Assembly (NCBI GenBank): GCA_964106645.2
Contig: OZ067040.1
Origin: Podarcis pityusensis
Lineage: Eukaryota
DNA: 64,000 bases
Direction: 5' to 3' (one strand)
Shown here: positions 13,917-27,843 of the stretch, one piece after another
How the letters are laid out: each line of letters begins with the position of its first letter
Numbering within the stretch: the first letter of the stretch is position 1
Program-made: the position numbers and the translations under genes
The notes under the pieces: model-generated
The model's input: the letters and a program-made list of their open reading frames with translations, nothing else
The model's database searches: none
What the model was told of the DNA's origin: nothing

Positions 13917-16900
13917 ATATAAAGGGATTCCTTTTTGGACATATCTTCAGAGTTTGTACCAGAGAACATTTGGCTGTTTAGTTGGTAAAAGCACAGTATT
14001 GAAGGAAAGATAAGCCAGCGCATTGCCATGGACCTTTTTAGCCATGGTACAATGTTGTTGTTTTCATGGTTACTACTATTATACAGTGCCAAAGAGAGCA
14101 ATTCATTGCCATGGCCAGACGTGTTGGGGCAGAACGGAGCAGCAGATCCACTGCCACACCTCAGGCTCTGCTGCTGGCGCTGGCCAGGGCAAAAGGAAGG
14201 ATATGCATTGGGCCCCTCCCTGGAAAATGGGTCATTTTTAATCCAGCACCCGTCCTTGTCCCTCACTTCCCTTGTAACACCCTGCTTCAGAAGCTTATGC
14301 TGACTATTGCTTGTGGGACTGCCACTAGTAGTAGAGTGCAGTGCGCTGCATTTTCAGCATGGCCACTGAGGCCCTCTATAGCAACTGAGCCCCTGCCCCT
14401 TCCGGCAGCACAGTCCAGTGCTGAGACCCCTCCATGTCATCTTAACCTTCTCCAGCAGTGCAGATTGGGGGTTAGGATTGTTCAGTAAAATGGTTAGACC
14501 CTGTACAAAAATTAGAAATAGCACAGACGCTACCCTCAAGCGTCATCCAAAGGTAAAAATGTGACACATTTGTGGAGGACAGGAAAGGAGACTAAAGAGG
14601 AAGGAAAATCAATCTGGGAAAACCAAGGTTATAGCTGTCAAAATAGGCCAATGATGAGACCTTTTCCTTCGGCTCTTGGAACAGTGGCTGATCATTGATG
14701 GGAGTTAAGGAGGAAAGTAATGGGCAAGGTAGGCTAATGGAAAGTATCAGTTAAAACTTAGCCCTTTTAAAAACAAATATATGTTTTAATCATTTTCCTC
14801 ATCCTAAGCTTCACAAGTCAGGGACCTGGTTTTTGTTTTGCTGCGTTTTTCCGGAAAGTACTATGAACACTGGTGACACTCCACAAAGTAATATTTGTTG
14901 TTGTTGCAGTAGTAGTAGTTGCTGCTGTTGTTATGCCTAGAATTTATTGTGGGTGCGGAGATTCCAGCTTTTAAAATATTAAAACTTGAAAAATTAGTGA
15001 GACAAGAATCAGAAATGTTCTGATTTACTTGGCCACGCTCTGCTGCCTGAAGTACTAAAGTAAAATGTAGCCTTTTAAAATAAATTCCGTAGGGAACAGT
15101 TCCTACATTGCCCTGTAGCCAACAGTTATTTGTTCACTTATATAGCAGCTCTAGCAGCATGATATGGAGCTAAATTCTTTGGGTTGTTTCCAGTCCCATT
15201 ATGATCAACAACAATCTTGCCATTAAATTCAGTGGCAAGTAGATTGGGACCTTTCTCTACTGAACTCAGAATGGCTTAACAGCACCCCCAGTTGACTAAA
15301 CATCCAAAATTATTTGCTGGCTCAGTTACAAAATTCCTCTTGGTTTCTAAATCAAAAGTGACTTCTCCCGTAAGGTAAAATAGCAAAAATTGATTTTAGT
15401 GGAGCTCCTTGAAAAAGAAAAAGAAAAACCAAGATAGCTCAGGAACAGCATACCTTCATGGTGATTTGATGCAGTCAATTCATGGATTGGATTTACATCA
15501 AAGTCCAAAGTAAAAGACTTTCTGAAGGTCTAATCAAACCAGACTCTTTCTTTTCAACATGGCATCCATTCCTGTTATGTGCAGATTGATTGGATCTGAG
15601 TGCCACACCACCTGATAAATATTAAATAATTTGATTGTATTGATCTGTTATGTGCTTTCTTTTTTGTAGTCTGTTTGAAATCTCTAGATTCCACTCTTTA
15701 TGTTTAGAGTTTACTCATTATATTTAAAAAAACTTACTGAATTTTAATTCATATTGGCCACCCTTTGGTGTCTGACGATGGTGTAGTGTGTTAGTTGATA
15801 AAGTGATGTTGTCTACATCACTAAGTGAAGTCATGCTGGATTAGAACCAGAGTTCCAGCACTGTGGGTTGGATCTCACATTTTTGTTGCATTCCCTGAAG
15901 GGAAGTTTGCTTACACAATGGGGCCTTCCCATTGAGATCATTTCATAAATTCTGCTTACGTATGTTTTTGTGAAACGAGGAGTATTAGCCAAATCAAGTC
16001 CAACTCTCATGAAAAAAAAGCTCCTAATTAACTTGAGAACTGTATTTAAAAGGGAAATATTGAAAGAACCAAGAAAACCTGTCAATAAAAGAAATTTTGC
16101 AGTCTTTTTCACAAGTGCAAGTATGTTTCTGAACACTTTATAAACCCTTTTCAGTCTCTCTTCACTTTTACCAAAACATTACTTGGGATGTAATTAAGGC
16201 ATAATATTAAGTCCTCCTTTTAGGCATTATCCCAACAAATATGAATAGATAGTTAAATTTAAAGAGCTTCTATTGTATAAGCACCAGTAGCTGCTTTTCA
16301 TAAAGATTTTTATGGGCATTCTGTTTCAGATAACGTATTATTTAATAAGGACTTTATAGCCAGCACACAATGCAGTCGATTTGACTGGCACCCGTTCTAC
16401 CAAGATCTATACCTTACTCTGCTAAAATATCTTGAACTGTTGTTTGATATTTTATTCCTCATGTATTTTCCATTCCTAAAAATGTACGGTAGTGGTTAGC
16501 CTGTGTAGCAGATATAATAACTCACCATTGTACAACCATGGTTAAACAAAAGTGGCAGAGCAATATTAGTATTGTGAAAAGTTCTCTTTTATTGCATTGG
16601 TCTATAAACACTGCCAGCAGCTTTCCTCTTATGTATAACGATAGTAATAATGATGATGAATATGTGTTTGCTGGTTGAAACTGTCCTCGATACTTCACCA
16701 TTGCAATTTGTCACCTAGGCACTTGCTTATACATTTATGCTATGGAAAGGCTGTGTGATACCACATAAAAACCAAATAAAAAGGCAAATCATCTTTCTCC
16801 CTATTCCTTTAGAAGTAAATGTAATATTTATTGCTACCCACAGGTGATTCTGTGTAGCGCAATATAGTGCATGGTTTCTGCACCTTGCATACAATTCAGG

Positions 16901-17062
16901 ATATATGGCGAGTTTTCACTTTCTTTGACCTCTTTTACTCAAATTAAAAATGCAAATGCTACATATTGTTACCTATCCGGAGCGCTCCTCTTTCTGTGCA
17001 CAGCCGCTGCTTCCCTTACATTGCCTCCCCACAATGCTTAAAACCTATGGGCAGCTTTCAAG

Positions 17063-17255
17063 AGTGTTCATAAGGACTCGGGAGGATGCTTTGTGCCAAA
17101 TCAGACCAACAGTTCATCTAACTCAGTATTCTCTACACTGACTGGCAGCAGCCCTTCAGGGTTTAAGGCAAGAGTCTTTCCCTGCTTTACATAGAGGTTC
17201 CAGGAACTGAACCTGGGACCATTTTTGTTCTCAGGAAAGGAGGATATGCATAGGA
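17063..17255 (-). mobile_element. tRNA-derived SINE (Squam2-like), antisense copy
   Basis: Reverse complement of the 1998-2190 family: catctaactcagtattctctacactgactggcagc...gaactgaacctgggacc. Confidence 0.7.
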
Positions 17256-20204
17256 AGCTTTCCAGTCTAGACAGTAACTCCCCAGTGTACATGTGCAAGT
17301 CTTGGTGTCTTGGTGACACAACGATAATTTTCGACAAGTTTTGTTAATTGCTGAATTTTTTTGTTCTGTTTTGAAAACTTATATCTCACCTGCTTTCTGT
17401 GGAACTCAATGTAGCAATCCCTGAGTTAAACCCCATCATAAAACTACCCAAAACTACAGCAATAATTTCAACATAGCTAAGCACCAGAAAGAAAAAATAA
17501 TGACCTTTTTTTGAAAAGCCGTAACTTACCAGGCACAGCAAATCATATAGTGAGAAAACCTGAAATACCTCATTAGGCGAGATGTTCCACATAACATTAT
17601 AGAAATTTATTTTATCTTGTATTTTTATATTGTGAAGTGCCCTGAGATCCACGGATGGAAGGACAGTATACTAATTTAATAAATAATAAATAATACTTGC
17701 ATTTTCAGAGTATAATTTATCCCCAAATTGCCAGTAAGTACTTTAAGCAATTGTACAATTATGGTGTATATTTCTTTATACTGCATATCACTCTAGCATC
17801 TTTCCTCCAAAGTCAGCTGTGGAAACAGTTGGCTAATTACTTTAAAATGATGCAACGGATGGAGCAGGAGAAACATATAGTTCTTTGCCGAGATTTACAG
17901 TTTGCCCCAGAACTCAACAATGACAGTTCAGTGTAGCTTTGAAGAAAGACACATCATCATGCTCTGGCTTCGACAGACAGAATACTCTTGCATAAAAGTT
18001 AACATGGGTTTCGCTTTGATCAACTATGCAGAGAAGGGAGCATTTTAATAGCTTAAACAAATCATGTATTTTATGTGCTTCCAGTTGTTGAAAAGCGATT
18101 GCAAAGCGAGAAATGTGTGTTTGTCTTTGAAAATACTTTGGTTTAATTTGATGTGTCTACCATTTATACCATATTCGCTAACATAGCTAATAAACACCTA
18201 TATTGATAATACAGTATATATTTGTTGCCTAACCTGAGGTGGTACCAGCTGTTCTTGGTAACCAGACCAGCCATTTCTCAAATTAGCAGTGAATGAAAGC
18301 CTCGGGATTTACTCTCCTTCCTCCTGTGGCAACTTGATTGCTTGGCATAAGGCAGTCACTACAATATAACAAAAAGAGAGGTGTTCCTATGCTGTGTGTT
18401 CCGTTGCTTGTCACAGAGAAGGGCTTTGTGTGTGTGATTTTTTTAAAATACAGCATTGCTGAAGGAGAAACTCTGTGCACCATGTCTAATGAGTTTGAAA
18501 ATAGACTATTAGTAGCCACAAAAGGAAAATTAGACACATATGATTTGTGTGTTCATTTTCTCATAGTAAATATAGTGTGATTTGTGCATGTGGACTGTAC
18601 AAAGGTCTTTGGAATAAGAACCTAAACTAGCTTATCCATTCTTTTTATTCATGAAAAATTATGTCCTTTGCTTATTTGTTTGGATTTCTACCCTCTTAGT
18701 GTTGTGGGCTCAGTGTGGGTTAAAACATTTTGAAGCTAAAATATTAAAAATACACGCTGGGAAGTACGTAGTTCTTTCAGTATGGAAATACAATTAATAA
18801 TAATAGGAAATTCTCCTTGGTCACAAGTAAATGAAACTAATACTATATCCAGGACCATTTTCTTCCAGCCTTAAAAAAAACAAAACACCAGTCCAAACAA
18901 TAAACCCCTTAAAAGATTCAGAGGATACTTCATATTTCAAGTTTTAAAAGCAGGCGTTTATGCTGGTGTTGGTGATTAGATTCAAGTCTCTCTCGGCATT
19001 TTTCAGTGTTTATCAGTTTTTGGCTGACTACCACTTTTGAAATGAATAAATTTTTAAGCCAGAGAAAACCTGATCACTATCAGTATATACAGGCGCAGCA
19101 CAAGGAATTGTGCTTCCCGTACTCTATGCTTCATGCCACCACTGCTCTTCCCCCATTCTCCTTTTTAGGGTAGCCACAGAGCTGCTGCCATCCTCCTCCT
19201 CCCAGTTTGTGCTGGTGGCAATAGTGCTGGTGGCTTCTCCGCCATTTCCTCCTCCCTGCATTACCCTATTCTGAGAAGGGGCCAAGGGGATCTCTCATCA
19301 GAGCCCAGCATTCTAGAAATGCTTTTCAAACCTAGACATTTTCCAGGAAAATGCCTGGAGCCAGAAAGCCAACTCAATTTTTTAAAAAGCTTAAAAAGTC
19401 ATTATAGCCACCACCTGTGAACCATGGCAGTAGCACAGTGATTCTGCTGTCCACCTCACCCCAAATGAAGAGATCTGAAGAGGACCCTTTGACCCGTTCT
19501 CAGAGTAAGGTGAAGTACGGCAGAGAAAGTGGTGACAGAGAGCCTTGCCTCACTAACTGCACCGTAATGAAGTGGGAGGAGGGGGGAGTTTGGCCTTGCC
19601 CCCCTACACACCCACTTGCACCTGAGACCATTGTCTCATTTCACCTATGTAATGAACTAGCCCCGAGTACCTATTTTATTAAAATAACACGGCCCTTTGT
19701 TACTCATGAGCACCTCTGTTTTTAAAGTTCGTTTTTAAAACATGAATTTCTCGACCCAGTTGCAGAAAACCCTTGAAAAGTGCACTGTGTGTTACAATGT
19801 ATACCCATATTAGCCTTTGCTTATAGCTGTCATGAACTGCATTGCTAAAAATGCACATTTACTAGGTCAGCACATGATAAGTAAACAAGGGCAACTGCAA
19901 ACTTCCTACTTGTGAGGCTACTGTTAACATAAGACTTTGGAAGCTTTGGAAATATAATATGCTGTAAAAGGCTAAGTTATTGCTGACAGTTCATTTCTGC
20001 TATCAGTACTATTTGTACAAGATTTTTCGGGGAGAAGAAAGTGCTAGATATTAAACTCTATGAGAATTTTGTAGCAGAGCAGACACACGGAGCTGGAGAA
20101 GAAATGGAGCTGAGTTGGACATCATCTTAATGACTTTTTGGCTTGTTGCAACTGGCATTGTCAACACAATGTTACTGGAATTATGTAACAAGTCATATGG
20201 TGAG

Positions 20205-20389
20205 CATAGGAGCCAAGTCCTGGGGCCGAGGTCCCTTTGCCCCTCCCAATAAAATATTTGAGGGAGCCGCCCCCCCCCAAGCTGATGGACATTGCTATTC
20301 AAATGTTCTGTACATGCTTCATCTTGTGATTAATTACGTGGGGTCGGGCTTACCTGCCCCACCATATTTTATTCAAGTTGACACTCCTG
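20205..20389. mobile_element. hAT MITE, CATAGGAGCCA...CCTG family, copy 1
   Basis: Colinear with 35592-35786. Flanks atggtgag / gctgtgag form a partial TSD. Confidence 0.7.
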
Positions 20390-21623
20390 GCTGTGAGTGC
20401 GACTGACTGGCAGCAGAGCTAGAAATCTTTTTCACAATTCACATCACAGCTATTCATTTATCATAGGAATATCCTTCCTTTTCTCCCATGAGCTCAAGGT
20501 GGATGTTTGGTCACCCCTCTTTTTATCCTCACAGCAGCCCTGTGAGGCAGGTTAGGCCGAATCTTTGCCAAATAGAAGTTTTAACCTGGTAATTCTGTTT
20601 CATGTTTTCTGTATTATTGGTTATGAAAAAGTCAACAATAGTCCCCCGCTGCCAAAAAAAACTCCTCCCCCTCATACTATTCAGGATCCCGACATCCTCC
20701 CTGCAGCTGTTAATAGTGGGAATAAAGAGAAGGAGAATCCTTATCATGGGATTCCAATATACATTTAGTGTAGTTTGATCCTCACAGAGGTGATGCAAGC
20801 AATTCTGTTTGCACCATTGCCCAGAACTATGCAAGTCTCTGGGTCAAGATGGCATTCTGCTGCACTGTGTGTGATGCCATTTGTGAGTCTCCCTCTCTTT
20901 CTCTTTTGTTAAACATTAACTTGGATTCCTTCCCATGCCAATTTATATGTTAGCTCTGTATTTTTACCAGGTGCAAATTATGAATTAAGCTCTTGTTTGA
21001 ATAACAAAGTGCACAACACAGGCTTTACAGACATACCAGTTTTATTGCTGTGTTACACTTAGAAGACACCAAGATATCATTAAAACCTCAGATTCTTTAC
21101 AATATTCTTCTTCCCAAAAAGCATAAATGGAATTTATCTTTAGTTACTGTTGTTGGCAGCTGTCCATGTGTTCCTGGCTGGCAGCCAGTCCACGCTCAAC
21201 AGGATGAGTCCCACTGTTCAGCAGACTTGGATTTTGTTAGAACGCCCTCATAGAAATATATGTCAGGAGATTTCCAGCTATAAATTGGATCATGTCAGTA
21301 AGGATGGGAACAGGCTCGGTACGAAATTGAACAATTCGGCATGCCTGATGTTAAATATGTTTATGCATGCTTTCTCCTTGGGTTACGAAAACAGAAAACA
21401 TTGTGAAATAAACCTGTTGCAGTATCTCTGATGTTCACACCACATTTTTAGTCATTTGCAGTGCGCTGGTGTTCACACTTTCTAGGAGTATGCCCCGCTG
21501 GATACAATGGGACTTACGTCTGAGGGAAAGTGCATAGGATTGTTCTGTAGGAATAGGTTTTATTTGCATATGTTACTTCACTAAGAACTAATTATTTATT
21601 TCCCTTCCCCATTTGTGTTGCAG

Positions 21624-21713
21624 GTAGCCAGATGCCATCCCAGACTCCAGGTAGCCAATCGGAATCCAGCTCCCATCCTGCCTTGAGTCAGTCTCCAATG
21701 CCACAAGATCGAG
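21624..21713 (+). CDS. ARID1B: ARID1B internal coding exon, 90 nt, phase 1-1: (G)[29 protein letters not shown](G)
   Basis: Pyrimidine tract and ttgcag acceptor (AG 21622-21623), donor GAG|gtttgt at 21714. The peptide matches recalled human [31 protein letters not shown]. It is not in the ORF track and was read by hand. Confidence 0.95.
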
Positions 21714-24700
21714 GTTTGTGCTGGAGGATGAAATAGCCACAGAGCATAAAAGCCTGAAAGGGGCAAAATATTTTCCTATGTCCCCTGTTTCTTGCAGCAA
21801 GGAAATTCCACTTGTAATTGTCTCTCAGCAAAATACTGTAAGAAACTTATTTCCTGAGGGAGAAGTAAATAAAAAAGGAGTATCTACAAGAACTTGGTTA
21901 AAAACAAAGAGCTTAATGTTCCAAAAACATTCTTTATCAGAAGATCTTGCTAGATTCTTAATGGTCTTTAAAAATCTGGTTACAGGAAACATTATTTATA
22001 AATATCTGACATAGCATTTGGTCTCTGTAGGATAGAAATGCTAGCTGCTTTACAGTCAACAATTTTCCCACAGTTATTAAAATGTTGATGAATTCCTGTG
22101 CTTTGGGGTGTAGGCCATAACATATATCTTCCTATAGAAGCAGGATTGAGGTCAGCAGGCTGGAAATGGCCACATTCCCAATCCTCTTGTCTCAAAAAGT
22201 ATCATGGCCTGAATGTGCTTGTAGTGCTGCTCTTTAAAGTAGAGTTTTTAAACCCACAGGAAGAACTGAGATTTCATGACTTGATGTGTAAGAGCGCACT
22301 GCTAGTCTATATATCAGCATTAGCAGCTATTAAGGCATTAGAGAGGTGAGAAGCTATGTGAGCTTTCCCCTTCCCTTCCAGGCTCCTCAGAGTAAGCCAT
22401 AAATGAAGGGCATGCATTGCTGTGGGCCGACTTTGGAAATGCTCACAGGAAGATGTGCACCTTCCCAGCACACCTGCTTGATAGCTAGAGAGTAGTGTAA
22501 TGTTGGAGGGGTAGGGGGAAAAGATTTACAGGCACTTAACACGACAAGTACTAGGGAGTTACAGGCTTCAGTGTATCTATTAAGCAGGATTCCAGTAGAG
22601 TGGGTGAACCATCATCACAGCACGTTACGCATTTTCTTTTCTTGCTGGAAACTTCCTTTTGTATATTCTGCAAGATATTCTGAAAGCCGTTGATCAGCAA
22701 CTTGGCCATAGACCCAGCATCTATTGAGCTTCCATTTTATCTGACCCTGCACTCCTAGGAGTGCCAGGTGGCTGGATCTAGCCATCCTTTTAATTTTATT
22801 TAGTGCCCCCAACCTTGTGTCACTCACAAAGCACCAGAGGAAATTGAAAGGGTTGCTAGGCATAGCTGCCCAGTGCTGCTTGGAATGCTGCCACTATCAT
22901 CAGGTAAGTGTGCCAGGACTCACTGACAGGAGGGAGCTCACCAGAGGACACTTTGCCCAAGGCCCTCTCAAATCTGGAGATAGCCCCAACAGCACTAGAT
23001 GGAATATCCCCTCTAGTACTAACTGGAGTCATTTCCACCATAAGATATTTAGGAGAGGCATTCAACATGCGTTGAGGGCGCACTGTCAACTGGTTCCAGA
23101 ATTGTTTTATGTCTTGGAGACATAGTAAAGCTTTCTCTTTATCCACAAATAATAGCGGCATGAGTTTCTTGGCGTTTTCCCATTGTACTGTGGTGGTTTA
23201 TAGTGTGTGGGAGGAGCCGTTCATCTCAATGCAGCAATGAGGTTGGGACTATGCAGATGCACCTATTAGCTCCAACAGCACATCTGCAGAACCCTGGTCT
23301 CACCACCACCCTGCCCTTCCCAGTAAGTGGCAGTTACATCACCGACAGGAGGCTAATTGCTGTGGCTCCGTCCCATCAGACAAGAGGCCCATAATACGTG
23401 GACTATCCATTCCTCATTCCATCCTTGGAATCTGACTTGCTCGATATGTCCCAGTGACTCTGTTGCAGCAACTCTGTTCTAAAGGATGTGTGGTTTAAGA
23501 ATTTCACCAGGAGTTGACTCATCTGGTACTTCCCATGAACTAAAGTTGCAAGCATTCCTTATCACATCCTACATGCTGTGCATGAGGTCCACTTCCAGTC
23601 AATTAGCTTTCAGTTCAGCTGGGGCATTGGCCACCCTGACTTGTGACAGAGCTGCAGTGCTTAATGCAGCGGAGTGTTTTGTGCTGAGTGGTGGATCCCA
23701 TGCTGTTGATGAGTTCCAAGTCCTAGGACTTGAATCTCTTTCTGCTGTCCATTTCTCCACCCTTGGGAATGCTTCCAGCTGAGTCATTGATTGGAGCCAA
23801 ACATCAGTGTCTTCAGTGCCTGACGTGGAATCTGATGAAGTGTGGTAAAGAGAGGCATCCAACTCTGAATCACGAGGCCAAATAAAAATGGTCCGTTTTT
23901 TAAAAAAATGAATAATTTATTGTAACCTGCAGTTTGAGAATTTAGAATCTAATCTTCAAATTGCTCTGCTGGCACTAGTCTCGGTGCCATTTTGTTTCTA
24001 AAAAAATCTTCTGATGTTTGCCTTCAACAGACCTGGCTTTTTATTTAGAGTATTTATTGAAGCTCCTGTCATGCTACGGCTAATCTTTGTGACCTAGCTT
24101 GTTTAAAATGTACATTTGTTTCATGCAGCAGATACAAAATTTGTAACCAGTGAGGCCATATTGATTTTGCAGAACATGTTTCCCCAAAGCTTCTGTAAGG
24201 TCTGAACAGTGCGCGGATAAACATGCGTGCATTCCCTTTTGTGCCCTGTCATTGATTAGAGACTTCTTTGAAATGGAAAACTTCACCTTTTAAAAAGGGT
24301 GTTACATTAGTTGATTCTTTTGCTTGCTTGAACTGCTTTTCTACTGAAGTTAGAGAGGGGAGGGGAGAGCACAAGGGCTCAAAGGGAAGGTGCTTGTCAT
24401 TTACTGATAAAAACCCAAGCAGAAAATCGTTCCTGCCAAAGACACCTGATCCACAGGCATCTGTTACAGTAATTTAAACACTCAGCTTACTGATATAAAC
24501 GTTTCCAGCTAAAAACACCAAGTGACCCTCCACTTTCAGAGTGTTTTTGTTCCTTCTAGCACTTTGTGAAACATTTTTCTCCTTCAGAGAAATGAATGAA
24601 TGTATGAACAAAAGACCACTAATATGTTTATTGCTCCTCAATATATCGTTAGTCAGACTTTATGTGGAATTTGCTTGGCTATGTAAGATCTAAGTTTCGC

Positions 24701-25085
24701 CGTTCTTAAATGAAAGCCACACAAACAAATTATTAAGTTTACACATAATATCATTCTGAAAGTGTGTGCATTTCTTTTACCTTGTTTTCAATGGTGGTTC
24801 AGCACCCAGTTGGGATTTTTCATCTTTTCAAGCCTAAGGGTGTATATATATCTCCTATAATAGAATAGAACTTTCAAACAAATAGATTTTTCCTTTGTGC
24901 AGTTTGCATGTGTGTGGCACAAATGCATGCATATAATATAGTTCAGATTTTTTATTTTTTTTTGGAGATTTGGACATTCTGGTCCCTTCAAGTTTTTCTT
25001 TGCTGGCAGTAAGAGTGATAGATTGATGGCTTTTACAGAAGTTCAGGGAGCAAAGTATAGGTAGGATAGTCATGCTTCTTATCTC

Positions 25086-25326
25086 CCAGTGTGGTGTAGT
25101 GGTTAAGAGCAGTAGACTCGTAATCTGGTGAACTGGGTTCGTGTCTCCGCTCCTCCACATGCAGCTGCTGGGTGACCTTGGGCCAGTTACACTTCTCTGA
25201 AGTCTCTCAGCCCCACTCACCTCACAGAGTGTTTGTTTGGGGGGGGGGGAGAATGTTAGCCACTTTGAGACTCCTTCAGGTAGTGATAAAGCAGGATATC
25301 AAATCCAAACTCTTCTTCTTCTTCTT
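25086..25326 (+). mobile_element. Young tRNA-derived SINE (Squam3-like) with a (CTT)n tail
   Basis: A-box tggtgtagtgg, B-box ggttcgtgtct, core gggtgaccttgggccagt...cctcacagagtg, tail atcaaatccaaact(ctt)5. Confidence 0.8.
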
Positions 25327-25677
25327 GTCCCTTTGTGCGACATTGGAACAATTTCTAGAGCTTTATTCTGTGTTCATCTGCTTGATAGTGTTGGTGCCTG
25401 AGCCACATCTTACCTTCTCATTGGGTGGTCAGGTCAAACAGGAAATATGAGACATGCCTTACAAGAAAGAGGTAGACACTCAGGGTCATCTCTGACTTCA
25501 GTAGGTACCATGAGTTGCTGTTGCTTACTGGGAGGGGCAAGATGGTGGGGATGCACCAGCGGAGCCAATCTGACACTCCTGCCGTGTGCTTATACTAACC
25601 TTCACATCACCCTCTTCCACCTAGTAAACAATGACACCCGCCCCCATGCTGGGAAGCTAGCCCCACCCAGCAAGTTA

Positions 25678-25933
25678 CTGTATTGGCCTGAATATAAGCC
25701 TCACTTTTTTCCTAAATTCCAACCGTGAAAAGTTAAAATGTGGCTTAAATTCACAACCTTACAAAAATTGGCTTTTACAATATCGCTGCTGAAACAGAAA
25801 TACAATAAAACAGAATGGGTGTGAGTGCCTGCAGAATTTTAAGGGAACGGCTTATATTCGGGTATTGTCTTTTTTTCTCCCCCCCCCCCCCCTTTGACTT
25901 TTAAAGATGCAGCTTATATTCGGGCCAATACGG
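25678..25933. mobile_element. Tc1/mariner (Tigger-like) MITE, second family
   Basis: TIR CTGTATTGGCCTGAATATAAGC / GCTTATATTCGGGCCAATACGG flanked by TA on both sides. An extra sub-terminal gcttatattcggg lies near 25850. Confidence 0.8.
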
Positions 25934-27800
25934 TACTTCTGGTATATCCTTTATCGTGCCTTGCTATACCTGGATATATTCAAGGCAGCACCTAAGTTAC
26001 AACAAAATTAATTAAAATGCAGTGTACGATATATTTTCTCTATATGCTAAAACATTCTCATTTGGCATCCTCAGTGCTCTTTTTGGTTTGAAATAAGTAC
26101 ACCCTGGCTCATCATATTCAGATTAAAATAGTAGATAGGGAACTGCTAAAAACACAGAATCTAATGGAAGCATTAAATGGTCTCATGCTGTTACTCTGGC
26201 ACACACTATCATGAAGGGGATGCTTAAAAAGCCTTTATTTATTAAGGCAAATGTATATGGGTCAGAATTAATTAAAAAAAACTTTTAATTGTTCTCCCAT
26301 TATAATTTTCACAGCAGTGTATAGTTAAATATTCATGATAATGCTGATGATATGCTAAAGGTCTGGAATAGGTCTGGAGTTTCAAAATCAACACAGGTTA
26401 TTTAACCCTTTTCATCTGATATACCATCAGAGACTCACTCAGTAAAATCCCAGAGCTCTGGAATAATTAGAAGAAAGTAATGAGGATTTAATTAGTCCTT
26501 GAGATGTGCTGAAACAGGACCATTGAGAACTTTTTTTCTGTTTGGACATGGATTGAAAGTAGAATTGATGCTATTGCAGTTGCTGTGATGTGCTGGAAAA
26601 TGTATTCTATTGCTAGAGGCAGTTTCATGGCACCATTCTGTGCCTGTCAGATCTGCATGGAAGGTACCCATCACGAGAGCTTCCGAAAACCCCTTGTCTT
26701 TGCCATCCTTTGCCAATATCCTGCTTTTCATCATTTCTCCTCTAGGGTCTTTTTTTCCTTCCCGTCATTTACATGTTGCATCTTGTGATAGTGTTTCATC
26801 TTGCGTTGTTTCTTGGTTTTTAAATGGAGGGGGAGAAAGGGGGGGTACAAGTAGTGTGTTCTGGGGGGAAAATGTATTGCAAAGAATCACAGTGGGTAAC
26901 AAATTGCAGCCTTATAGAATCCAGGTGTTGAGCTGAGCGAAACCTTGATCTATTTGACACAGCTGCATGTAAGCATTATCTCAAAATCAAGTTCTTATTT
27001 AGTATTAGATCTTCACAGAAGTGATATTTATCAGTAGCTACAATGTAGTAAATTTAAATGGCTTTTTGGCAGTGGAGATTGTTATCCAGTAAGAAGCAGA
27101 AACAGATGGGATGTGATCAGGCATTTTGATGTTCTCTTTGTGCTTTCCTGCACACACATACTAAACAGCAAACTGAATTTATGTAACTACAAGCTCTTGC
27201 TTTCCTTATTCCTTTTAATGTTATTTACTTCCATCATCTATATCCTGTCACTTCATCATCCATTTATTTTCATTTAATGAAACACAAAACATATTTATCT
27301 CTTTAGAAGTCATACGTACCACTTAGGGAATTTCCCTTCATATTTCCTATTCAGATACAATTATGACTTAATACTGACATTTGATAAAGAGTATCTTTTC
27401 TCTGACATCTATTTGCCATCTTTAAAGAAGAGACAGAGAAAGAAAAATCCTAATCAAATTGCAACCAAAAAGCACTGTGAATAGTTTTTAAATCTTAAAA
27501 GGATGTTCTTCCTCCATTTTTATTGCATTTTAGGATTTAGCATCTGACCCACAGAAAAAGAGAATAACACTGTTCTTGTTATTATTTATAATTTTTCTTA
27601 TACATTTATTTTGTATATCTATCTCACCTTTTCTGCCACCCAAAGCAGCAAATAGAAGAAATACAGTAATATAGCATTCATTTAAAAAAACACAAGTTAA
27701 ACCTAATAAAATACTGGATCATTTGTTTAAAAGAAAAAAGTGGAATGGCTCACAACAGACAAATAAAGTATGGTCAGAGATTAATGTTTTTCCACATCTG

Positions 27801-27843
<43 letters not shown>
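27801..27843. repeat. Compound (AC)n(AG)n microsatellite
   Basis: Read directly: about 8 AC units followed by about 13 AG units. Confidence 0.95.

Noticed and set aside
13739-14488. Long overlapping ORFs (175 aa minus, 140 aa plus)
   Set aside because: They run through a MITE, show no protein motifs and lack a coherent splice-phase fit, so they are chance ORFs.
25086-25160. tRNA gene-like A/B boxes (also at 2003-2070)
   Set aside because: They continue into SINE bodies and simple-repeat tails, and I could not build a complete cloverleaf.
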